Part shown: positions 12,801-24,800 of the stretch, piece after piece
Position numbering within the stretch: position 1 is the first letter of the stretch
Layout of the letters: each line of letters begins with the position of its first letter
From: Phoronis australis
Taxonomy: Eukaryota > Animalia > Phoronida
DNA length: 64,000 bases
Assembly (NCBI GenBank): GCA_002633005.1
Contig: NMRA01000638.1
Span: 73,965 to 137,964, forward strand
Direction: 5' to 3'
Notes under the pieces: generated by a model
Database searches by the model: none
The model's input: the letters and a program-made list of their open reading frames with translations, nothing else
What the model was told of the DNA's origin: nothing
Position numbers and translations under genes: made by a program

Positions 12801-15800
12801 CATCTAAAGAAGTTTGCACAAACAGTAAGCATAAACCAGAGCATGTTTCATTCAGCACTTGCCGGTTTCATGTGCTAAAAACGTTTGTCATTTGGCTCGC
12901 TAAGGCCATATTAGTCGCCGTGTGGCTGGATGCGTACGTGACTATCTGACAGTTATTTTTTCAGAGTAAGGGTGTGTAAGCATTCAGTCAGTGGTCATTT
13001 TATCGGATATTTGGCTTAAAAACACCAATTATTGTTAATCGAACAATTCATTTTAAACATAACGAAAACATTTTTTATAGTATGAGAAACTGTTGGAAAT
13101 TAGTGCCAATATTCATTTCTTGCCGATGCTATGCTACCCGTTTCATGAATGGATAGTTCCTGACTAATGCCTTTGATGACAGATTCATGTATGTAGCGCG
13201 TGCTTCCTGAACACGTGCTTTTATCACTGGCCAAGCCATAGACATCTTAATATGATTCTACGGGCCAAGCTTTTTATTAGTCTTTGATTCGCGGTTTTCA
13301 CGTGCAGGCCTTCAAAGAAATTTGGATTCCTGTTGAAAGCGGGAAATATATACAATGCAATGTCGTAGACAAGTACACTACTTCTGTTCTGAAAGGCCAG
13401 ATCATTGGTCCTTGCAATATCAGCAGAACTTATGTGTTCGTTTTGAGGCATGGCGCAAGTTTGAAGTGTATAGCCACGGCTAAATACCAACATAGCAGCA
13501 AGGCTCGTGGTCTACAAATTCTGCAAACAATGATTTTTTTCAGGACTGTCCGATATTATTGATAAATTGAAGACGTTACTGTAGAATTTTAGGACTGTAG
13601 CTAAGGCATTTTTCGCACGTACACATTCATGGACTGGGCGCTTACTTTAGCAAAGTCTGAAAACGCGTGGGGGGCGCTTATAGGGGCATGGGTGCTTATT
13701 ACGGTGAATACGGTACGCATTTTTTCAAAATCATAACGAGAGCAATTTTGGTTGATAGAAGGTCAGACACCAAAAAACAAACTCAAAAAACAGTAAAAAT
13801 GACCATTAGGTGGCGCAAAGTACCTCGAATCCGTCAGAAAATGGGAGGATGGCATCATCTCACTAATAGATGCCTAACTGCCAAATTTTATGAAAATCCG
13901 TTGAGGACCTCCAAAGATAGAGGTAAGCGCAAAAAACAAAAATTGCCACTAGGGGGCACACGAGTCGTGGGAGAGCTCCGAAATTTGTTGTTGTCCGTTG
14001 TCCCCTTCATAGGAACACACCCGCTAAATCTCATCAAGATCCTGTGAGGAGTTTAGGAGATACAACTGCGGACGCTCAGACAAGGATGATGACAACATGC
14101 AACCACATAAAAATAAGAGCACAAAAAACGTTCCAGGTCATCGGTGTAATGGGCCCACTGGAGTGGCCAGCGCACATCTGGTGCGTGTACCAGACCGCCT
14201 GCACTTATTTTTTTTGTAATCATTGCCGTGCAACTTTGAGCAAGTCTGCTAGCCAGAAACATGTTTTAAGCTGACCATCTTCAGCGTATTCTGCCACAAA
14301 GCAAAGCCGATGTGGTCCCATTTGCTCAAGTGTACTAAAATAAATATGCCTGTCATGTTGATACTAAGGTTATGAGCACTTAGTTTAAGCCTTGAATAAG
14401 ATGCACCAAAAAAGCTTGAAAGATATTGGCCAAGTTTGAATAAGGTTGTGCACTTTTTAGCTTGAGATGTACAGATAGTAAGGCTTGTCCAAATATGATG
14501 AATTCAATATAGTAAAGGAATGAGACATTAAATACCAGTATGTAGAAAATAGCACTTTTCAAAATAGTTTTCTAGTTGAAAATTGGTGAAATTTCAACAA
14601 AACAATTTGACAAAATTTCAAAACACTGACTACAAGTTGTATGAAGCCTTCGCCACCTTTTCTGCAAACTGTTGTGTGTACAACAGCGCCAATCACAACT
14701 AAACAGTGATGATAGCAATTACCAAGTTGTCTGAGTTGTGTGTGCATACTGTCCAAGCCTGGCACCTTCTCCTTGTACTGTGTCAGTTCCTGCATTTTAT
14801 GACGGATACTGTCCACGACGTGTTCCTTGCTACACAGCTCCTGATGGAAGTTCTGAAATTAGAGTCCACATGTTAACAATAACTAATTCAAAATTTGACT
14901 AACTTTTAAGTATAATATCTCAGAAATGGCTAATCAGATTCTAACGAAACTAACAGGTATTTAATTTCCAAAATGCCATTAAAAATTGTTTTTAAAATGA
15001 TCCACTCCTGCATAAGATGCTATCAAAAACAGGACTTTCAAAACTTTAAAAAGAAACCCAACTGTTACATAAAACGAAACCGAAATAATTTAGAAAACAG
15101 TACAGCTTTTTTGAGATTTCACCATGTTTATTTCAGAAAGCATTAGGTCATGTTACTGATAACCATTTGTTTGCAAAGAATATGCTTTTCTTTATTGTTT
15201 AATTTTACTAGAAAATACTTCACCATGCGATCACATCAATAGCAGATTGGCATAATCTGAAGAATTTAATTCATCAGGCTTTCCATTTGGCTAAATACAA
15301 TGGCACAACAATAAGGTTATACATAACCTGAATATTATTAAATGCTTCGTATTGAATGAAGAAAACAAGTTTTGCATACAAAGGCATTTCATTTTGTGAC
15401 CACAATTACGATAATTTATGCTCATCTTCCAAGACTTGAGGTACAATTAACTGATGGACACAAGGAACTAAGATTAAGGTAAGGCTTGTTAGTTAAGTAC
15501 CACGAGAAATGTAACCAAGCTTTACATCTACTCAGAGGACAAGTTTGTTGAATGCTGCCTAAAAAAACTCCATGTTCTGTTGAACAGCTATCGCTGATGA
15601 CAGGCTGGCTGCGAATATACTCTGCTTAACATGTGCAATACTCTTCAACAAAAATTAAAAATTTTGTAAACGAGACATTACAAACTTTCCATGCCTGCAG
15701 GGACAAATTCTCCTTACCTGGTGTTCCTTCAACAGATTCTCTGCCTCCTCTCTGTTCCCTGGGACCTTGTCTGTAGGATGTTGTTTTTGTTCTGTAGTGT

Positions 15801-18800
15801 CTAGCCACCGCAGCAGGCTCTCCACATCTTGCAGGTACATTTTGACATTCTGCAATGTTGTGTCGAGCTCATGTTGCCTGTCAGCAAGTCGATCGCCGAT
15901 GATCTCGTATCGTTGGTTCAGGTCCAGTAGCTGTTGCTGAACTTCAGACATCTCTGAGGAAACACAATGCAACGTAAGTTACAAAAGCAGATGAAATGAC
16001 TTGGTAGACCAACTTGGACATGTTTTATCTCTACTAACAAACCGTTTACTTCACACATTTTGTAAGAGGAAGACAACAAACTTACCTAGGTTGTCAAGCA
16101 ATTAATATTTCTAATAATTTGCTAAAAACATTTGCCAATTGAGAAAATTTATAGCGCAGAACATGTAAATTAGCAATGCTCTACATACCCATTGTCGGAA
16201 TGAAACATTTCCCACATTTTATAAGTACCACAGTTTGCAGAATTTTATTCAGATACTTGGCATTTGTATACAATCATACTAACTCACCTTCGTATGCCAT
16301 GAAGTTGTCTGCTGAACTCCTGTTACTGCTAATGCCAGACTCACTTGACTGCGTGGCTAATAGTGCTGCTGGTCCCATAGGAGAGGTGGGCGAGGGTGAA
16401 CGCAGCCTCATGGGTGAGCGGAAGCCAGAGAGACGGCGAACTCCTGCAGTACAAACAGTGCAATTTTAGAACATAGATCTGGGAAGGTCAAAGATGAAGC
16501 ATTTGATGTGTGAGAAAGTGCCATCTGGACATAATATGTAGCTTTCACACACTAATTTTCATTTCTCAGTATTCAACAATTGCTTTTCTCTATCTTGTTA
16601 AAAATTTTGTCTACTAAGAGCTGGTGTTTTATCCTATTCAAACCACAGGAATAATGGACACAGTTACAAGACACTGAAGAACTCTTAGACAACTATGATA
16701 GCTCTCTGTCATCATTTAATGGATGTCAAACGAATAAATGCCCTTGTGCAAAAGGCTAACTGAGAAAAAAAACTTACTTGAGCCTCGCCTGACTGTTGGC
16801 ATTGTTGCAGTAGCTGGGTCATCACCACGGTTAACATTTTCCAGTGTACTAGCTGCCTCATTCATTTCCTCCATCTTAGGCATGAAATCCTCATAGGACC
16901 TCAACAACGGCTGAAGTTCATCCACCTGCTCCTCGAGGGTGTCCATCTCCACGGCCACTGGCTTCAGACGATCAATCTTCGTTTCCATACCGTCCAGCCA
17001 TTTGCCTACATCTGCCTGCATCGCATCCAGTTTGCTGCTGTGTTGTTGGCGAAAATCCACCTGTTAAATAGCCAACATAAAAAATTATACAGGTAACCTC
17101 TTTGGTAAGGACAGAGAAGGTGCAATGAAGAGCATCAATGTGCGTCCACCATGTGCATTGGTGAGAAAAGTTGCTCAAGTTCTTCAAAATCGGTTGGCAT
17201 TTCGCCATAGGAAGACATACACCACTTTTCAGGGTGATCCATCAAAGAACTAAGTAGATAATGAGGTAGACACAGAAAACACACAATTTTAGGAAATTTC
17301 ATCTACTGCAAATCTTCCCCAACTAGCGACACTGAAGTTATCTTGTATGCTAGTAAACATCTGGCGAAATCACAAATAACTTGGATATGTTTAACTTGGG
17401 CCCAGAGTCAAATCTTCTAACTCAAGACTCGACTTGAAACTTAACCAATCATGCCACATTTTTTGAGAAAAAAATATTTACCTGAAGTGCGCCGTGTTAT
17501 AGGTCAATGTTCGAGTCTAGTTTCAAGTCATATTTTAATTGGTGACTTTAAATTTCAGAATGGTGGTGGCACTTGCCTTAAAATGTTTTGAACAAAAATA
17601 CTGAAAATCTAAATTACAATTTGATACATTTTGAGGCTCACCTTCACTACATGATAGTTGTTTGGTTGAATACACACCAAAAAGAATGTTGCTGTGAAAT
17701 GTGCCTACAATTCTAGTGAGATCGACTGACTAATGTTGTTCATTAAATTGTGTACAAGTTACCTACTTATAAGTGATTCTATCAGGAATTTACAACGCGA
17801 CAACCGTTCTCCACACAGTTGAACAATGACACCAGCACTGCTGACTGAAGAAGATTTGCAGAAGATGAAATCTCCGAATTGAAATACAGACATATTCAAA
17901 AATCAACAGCATCCATGTTCTGAACAGAAACACATAAGTCAAAGTTCATGAACATAGATCAAGGAACAATGATGCTTATAATCTAAAGAGGAAATGTTGA
18001 CCATGACATTATATCTGCACTTATAATCAGTTTGCTCTCTTAAATAACACCAGATATGCCAAATTTTATGATGATTATTCAAGCGGTTTACCGAATAGGG
18101 AGGTGGATACAAAAGACAGGAACAAAATAATAAGAATGGCCACTAAGGGCTAAGGAATACACCAGGTCCGAAACTTTGCAGGTGTTGTCATCTTTGACAT
18201 AGAAACATATTTGCCAGATTTCAAAAATATCTTAAAAGGAACTAAGGCAGAGCCTAATTAAAACAAAATGGCCCCTAGGGCCACCACAATCACCCATTTA
18301 GTCCAAAAATCAATGTCAGCAGAGATCTTCTGAATAATATCACATCTGGCAATTTCAGAATGATGTCAGCAGCAGTCGGATCAACACATCAGTAAAATTT
18401 CATCAAGATTCGTAGTTGTACTCTGCGTTGCTCGAACAGCTAGAAAAAATACGGACACTCAACTGTCTTTTTTACAATCCCTAAGGACGTTGGGATTCGG
18501 AAGTGTTGGGTCCTTGCCATACGCCACGACGAAGGAAAATGTGTCCATGTAAAATTTTTATCTGTTTTCGAATCATAATTTGTCGCATCTCGGATGCCGC
18601 CATAGCAACGAGGACAGGAGAATCTTCGGCCAGACAGGCTGTGTTTTCATGACTATGGATTGAAGTGTGATGCATTCTTCTTTACAAAAAGGACAGGGCC
18701 CTCAATCCCTCAAATTTGGGGCTAAATATTGGCCCTATTCCCCTCTCAAAAATATTGAAAAATAACACGAAATTCCCGGTCCCGTGAGGCCTAAAAATTC

Positions 18801-21800
18801 CCTTTGAGTAATTTCACTCCAACAGTTCAAATCACCTGCCTGTGACCACAGAGGTGACAATTTGAAAAAGTACAAAATCATAGGCGGATTTAGGGGGGCC
18901 CGGGCCCCTGGCCCCCCCCTTGACTGCCGCAAGCAAGATAAACCAGCAAAACGTGAAGCAGAAGGACTGCCTGACTATACTGAGTTCGAGCTAGGACCGG
19001 TAGCGGACGAGGGGGGAAAACACGTTACGTTTTTTTTAGTCCAACGACAGATTTCCTTAACAGAAGGTACACTTCCTCGGCGCTTGCAACATCCGGGCCG
19101 CCGGCGTGCATACAATCGCGCTTTGCTCGCTTCTCCGAAGATGTAGGGCCCCCCCTCATGGTAGATCAGCCACTGAAAATGCTACTTGAGACAGAGCTAT
19201 GAGAGCTTGCAACAGGGCAGGGTGCTATTGATGGTGATCGGGAGGTCAGTAGATTTTTCACTGACCCGTCACTCGGCGAAACGTTCCCCTCTCAGAAGGC
19301 CGCACAGGCCTCTTTCCCCTAGGATATGAACGAGACCTCTGAAGAAACATGATAACCATGTTTGTTCCAGGGGGGCTCCAGGACTTTGATTTGGGGGGGT
19401 TTGGCAAGGCAGAGTATTAGCCAGGATTTTGCCCGTCAGACATTCGCGCTCCTTTAGGGGGGGGGGGGGCATGGCCCCCTTGGCTCCCCTCTAAATCCGC
19501 TACTGCGTTCTGTCCAGTTAACTGAAATTGAGCTCTAAAACGAGGTTATACGAAAGAATTGGGTGTTTTAATTTTAAAATTCAACTTAGTCGAGATTGAT
19601 ATTTGAAAAATATAACACATGAAAAAGATGTATTTATTAAAACCAAGAAAGCAGAATTGATGGTCATATAATTTTTATTTTCAATTGCGAGCCTGGTTTT
19701 TTATCATAATCAAAACATACATTTAATAACATCAAGTATTATTTCGAATCAATGACAAATCAACTGTTAGCCCCGGTAGTGCCTACCTCACCAGGGCCTA
19801 GGCTATGCTTGATGTTAATACTCTTGATCAACAAATTAAACCAGATGTGACTTATTGCACATGACAGCAAAATGCTATGAGCCACCACTGTCGAATACAT
19901 CTTCAACTCGTCAACAATACGACCAGATGACCTAGTTCGCGACCAGATGACCTGGTTCGTGTAGAAAGCATTTTTATCAAGAATTTATTAGAAGAAACGT
20001 AACCTTGCATTCAGCATGATACCTAATCCGTAACACTACGATCGCCACAATTTGGTCATGTTTACTTTTCATGTTTCGAACCTAGTTTTCCGGAAAAAAT
20101 TATATCCTTTCGTCAGGCAACTATTTGGTGCATTGACTTGTTCTTTAACTGTATTTTTCTACGTCTCTGTGGTTAATTATTGACACATTTTTTAAGATCT
20201 AATATTCAGGTTGGACTCCAAAGACCGCCCATTTAACTCACGCAATGTAAATTTCCACTTTGTTTATCGCAGTGAGCCTTGCTTTGGATTTTAATGTCCG
20301 CCACGTGAATTGGATCTATATGGATGTACATGGAGACATAAAAATGTTAGACCTAAAATCCAATTCACAGGAGGCCAAAATAAGAAAATTAAACGAGGAG
20401 TGTTCCAGTAAAAAACGTACGGGAGAGGGGAGGCACTTTCATTTTTTACCCACCATCCATATTTTTCTTTTATTTCTCCAACCCACCACCTATAATTTTT
20501 AATTAGGTTGAAATATAAAATGCAAACACCCATAACCTTTTTAAATTATGCTTGAATTATACATGATAATGTACTATTCTCTTAAGATATTTTCGGTCTT
20601 CAGTGTTTCAGCACAAAGTTGTATTTTAAAGGTCATGTCATCTTTGAGACACTAATTTTAGTGCATTTGTCTTGAGAGTGCCACGTACCTGTACTTGTTT
20701 CTCGCGCACCAGGTCTTCCAGCTCGCGCCAACTGCACTCTAGGCTGTTGAGAGCATCCTTAATACTCGCATGCTGGCCTGTCTTAGCATTACTTTTCAGC
20801 ACTGTTGCCTGCTCTCGCACGTCATCCATTCCCAGCTCTTTACCAGTCTTCTCCTTAGCAACAGCCGCCACAGTGGCAGCAAATTTATCTGTGTCCATCT
20901 TGGAAGTGTCAGGAGATTCAAGAATGTCCACACTGGTAACAATCCAATCATGCAACTGATCCACTGATGCATGGAAATCAGAAAGCTGGGTAGAGATATC
21001 TTCAAGATCTTTATTACGTGTTTCGCATCGTTTTATAACTGCATCAAACCGTGTGTTCAAATCTTCAAGTTTTTCTCCAATTGCTTTGGCCATCTTTTCA
21101 TCACAGTTTTCTAGTAGTTCCCTTGCATTTGCATTCAGTGACACTTTTGACAATTTGTAGCTCTCGACGTCACCATCAAATATTTTGAACTCCTGGATCT
21201 GTTCATTGAGGTTCTCCTTGTTCAGACTAACAGGTTTCATAATGTTCAGGGTTGACTCAGCATTCTTCAGCCACACTAAGAGTCCATCAATACCTTCCTG
21301 CACCCCCTGGGACTGAACCATGGCAGTCTGAAAAAACAAAATGCAGAGTTCCGTCTTAATTCACAAAACTAGCCACAGCTTCACTGACAAGCTTATGATG
21401 GAGAAAGAACTTGTCAGATATAAAGTTACATAATAGGACAAAAAGTCAAGTAAATATGGAAACTGTCTACTGCAAATTTCAGAAATAGACCCCACTTTTA
21501 AAGATCCCCAATGGGGGAGGGTTTTTTTCCAGAAGCAAGGCTAAAAATGCCCCCATAAGAACTCTTTTAGTGCACTTATACTTAGAGAAGAAGGTATTAT
21601 CATTCTTTTTGATCCTTAAGAATACCAACTAAATCTTTTCTTTCTCAGCAAAAGCCATACTTCTAAACTGCCATGAAAGTGAACCCTAGCTGGCATTTCA
21701 AGTCCTTGACTAATCAGGATGTTAGTCAGGAACACAGCTTTCCAAAGTAGCCCTCGGGGTTGTTTTGGAAGAAAAATCACTTTATCAATGACAGTTTCAA

Positions 21801-24800
21801 AAGAAACCCCTGGGGACTTTTCTGAAAATTCCTACTAAATAAAGCCATACGTTGTTAATATATGTCAGCTAGCAAGCAACCGCAAGTAAAGAGCCATTTG
21901 TCACAAACCTGCAACACATTGGACCTGGCCAGCACTTGTGCTGTCAACAGGCCGTGGTGACAGTCAAGGTCATCCACCATTTCTTCAACGTCAGCCACCT
22001 CTCTCTCGGCTGCACCCAGCTCCTGCAAGCTTTCAGTGAGCGCTTTGGAAGTCACCTTCAGCTCATCGATCATGTGACCTTGTGTGATGGCATCCATGTT
22101 GAAGATCCTCACTCTTTCTAGCTGTTCCTCAACCTGAGCAGGCGTAGTCTTGACAGGCTCCCTGTTCATGGCTGCCATCTGGAGACAGAATTGAAAGTTA
22201 ACATTATTTGCCTATTGTTAAGAATTCACCATGAACTTATTGACAGAACCTAATTTGTTGGTAGGCCACCACAAGACTTAGTTGGAACATTCCACATAGA
22301 ACAGCTGTTTTGGCGATACAGCAATTTCCACATGCACATTCAACAAACTCATCTTGTCCTATTGGGACCTATGGTTCAAACTAATGAATGGGTGCACTGG
22401 TGGTACATTATGTTCTGTTAGACAAGACAATGCATTTCAACTTAATAGAGAATGCCCCAAAAAACATGCATTGTATCAATTTAGATCGAGTTGCTCCATT
22501 CGATAACAGCAAGTTCAGTTGTTTTATCTGACACCACATGGCAGACGAAAGTGTTGAAACTAACTAACCAATGACGTCACAGGTTCTAACACAGTCTGCT
22601 CACCAGTCCACAAGACCCTTACTAGTGTCCACATATCGCTTGAATTCATCGTTTTACACCAATAAATCATTAAAATTCGATGTAAATCCCTTATAAATTC
22701 ATCGAGTTGTTAAGCAAATAAGTTGTTTCATTTCGCATTACCGATTTACAGAAATTTTGAACATACTGTAGCCTACAAAGTTCTTGAGGCCAACTTACCA
22801 AGGTCGGATGTGGGAAGTGACTGCGGAATATTCTGCACTCAGTGCGGAATATTACGCAGATTTTGCGAAATATTATGCAGATTTTGCAGATTAAGCAGAT
22901 TTTGCGAAATAGTACGCATTGCAAAATACTGCACAAGTTTTGTGGAATACTGTGTCTTGCAAAATATTATGTATATTTTGTGGAATAATGATCAAAACAA
23001 TAATTTATTTCAAAAAATCAATGTGACAGTTGCAGGATTCCATAAACAGAAAAGTTTAATACAGGACTAAAATTCTTATACTTTTATGTTTAATGCTTGT
23101 TGCACGTTAAGACTTGAATATTTCGTGGCTTATGTTATGATTCTACCAAAAGCGGTAAAATGGCATAGACAAGATGTCTATTTTTCCCAAGTCTGCTTGA
23201 TGTAGGTTTCTGCATCACAAATCATTCAGCAAGTTCCCCATAGATTAATCATTGTTCATGTTGACACATTGATATTTTTATGTGTTAATGAGAATAGAAA
23301 ATAATTCAACTTAAATGTGCAAGAAATTTTTTTTAAAAATTGTGAGCTCCACAAATCTATTGTTTGCGGAACGGTTCCGCAACTGTCACATTGATCAACC
23401 AATTATTGTTAGGATTGTCACATTGATACTTTCAAGTGGCATTGATAATGGAATGCATTTTAAGTATATTAGACTAAAGAAATACCCGCAAAACCATTCT
23501 GTTTGGGAAATCGCTCCCTATGCAGAACGATTCCCCATGCGGAACGATTCCGCAACCATCACATTGATCAACTATTATTAGGATTGTCACATTGATACTT
23601 TCAAGTGGTATTGATTATGGAATGCATTTTAACTTTATTGGGCATGAGAATTAAAAAAAAAAATGAGTGCTCCAAAAACTATTCTGTTTGCGGAACCGTT
23701 CCGCATGTGGAACCATTGTGTAAGTCACATTGATCAATTATTTGAAGTGTTATTGAGATAGGAATGTTATTCATGTTGATTGGGCCGGTAGAAAATTAAA
23801 AATATTAGTTCTGTTTGTAGAACCCTTCTGCAACTTTCACATTGATTTTTAAAAATAAATTATTATTTTGATCATTACTCCACAAAATATAAACAATATT
23901 TTGCATGTCACAGAATTCTACAAAACTTGCTCAGCGTAATATTCTGCAAAATCTGCGTAATATTCCGTAAAATCTGCGTAATATTCCGCATGGCAAATAT
24001 TGAACTTCTAATTAAGAAAATGCTAATGGAGGATATAAAAATGTAACATTGTAAAAATGTTTAGGGTAAGGTATAGATTTGTTTCATACCATTTTTTATG
24101 GCCCTAAGTGAATATAAAAAAGTGCAGAACCGTTTCCCACACTTTGAGACTAAATAAGATTGTTTCATTTGAAAAAAATTGCCAAGGTAACAAAAACTAA
24201 TTAAATCGGATGGCATTTTACAGGGCTTGGAATGACCAATGACAAAAAACGCGGAAACTTTAACGGCCCAAATCATGCGCGCTACCCAGCCTTGAAATGG
24301 TCGATGTGAACCTTTCCCCGACAAAAATTGGGAGGACTAAAAAAAAACGTTACCACCATCATTAGATTAGCATGCGTCTGCGTCCTTTTAGCTCGTCCGT
24401 CCACACCCAACCAACACATTTTTGGCTGCAGAGCCGTAGTATTTGTCGCCGCGGTTTACAATAACACGAGACGCCATTGAAAATCCCACCACGCTATCCC
24501 AGATGCCCCGGCAATGTTGACAATTTACATTCCTCCGAAACATAAAGAGCAACTTCCGCTTTTCGAGGTGAACGTCGTCTGCAACGCCGCGGTAAGAAAG
24601 GACTTTGCCGCGGAAATTTTATATCAAATCCGATTTGTTTTACGCAGAAATATAATAAAATGTGCGGACAGAACATTTGAAAAAAGCGTAAATCCGCGTT
24701 TCCGCGGAAAATTCCAAGCCCTGATTTTAACAGCTTTAATGGACACGTCTGAAGGACGCCAACTCAAAATACTGACCATAAGACAGTTAAGTGCGAATGG

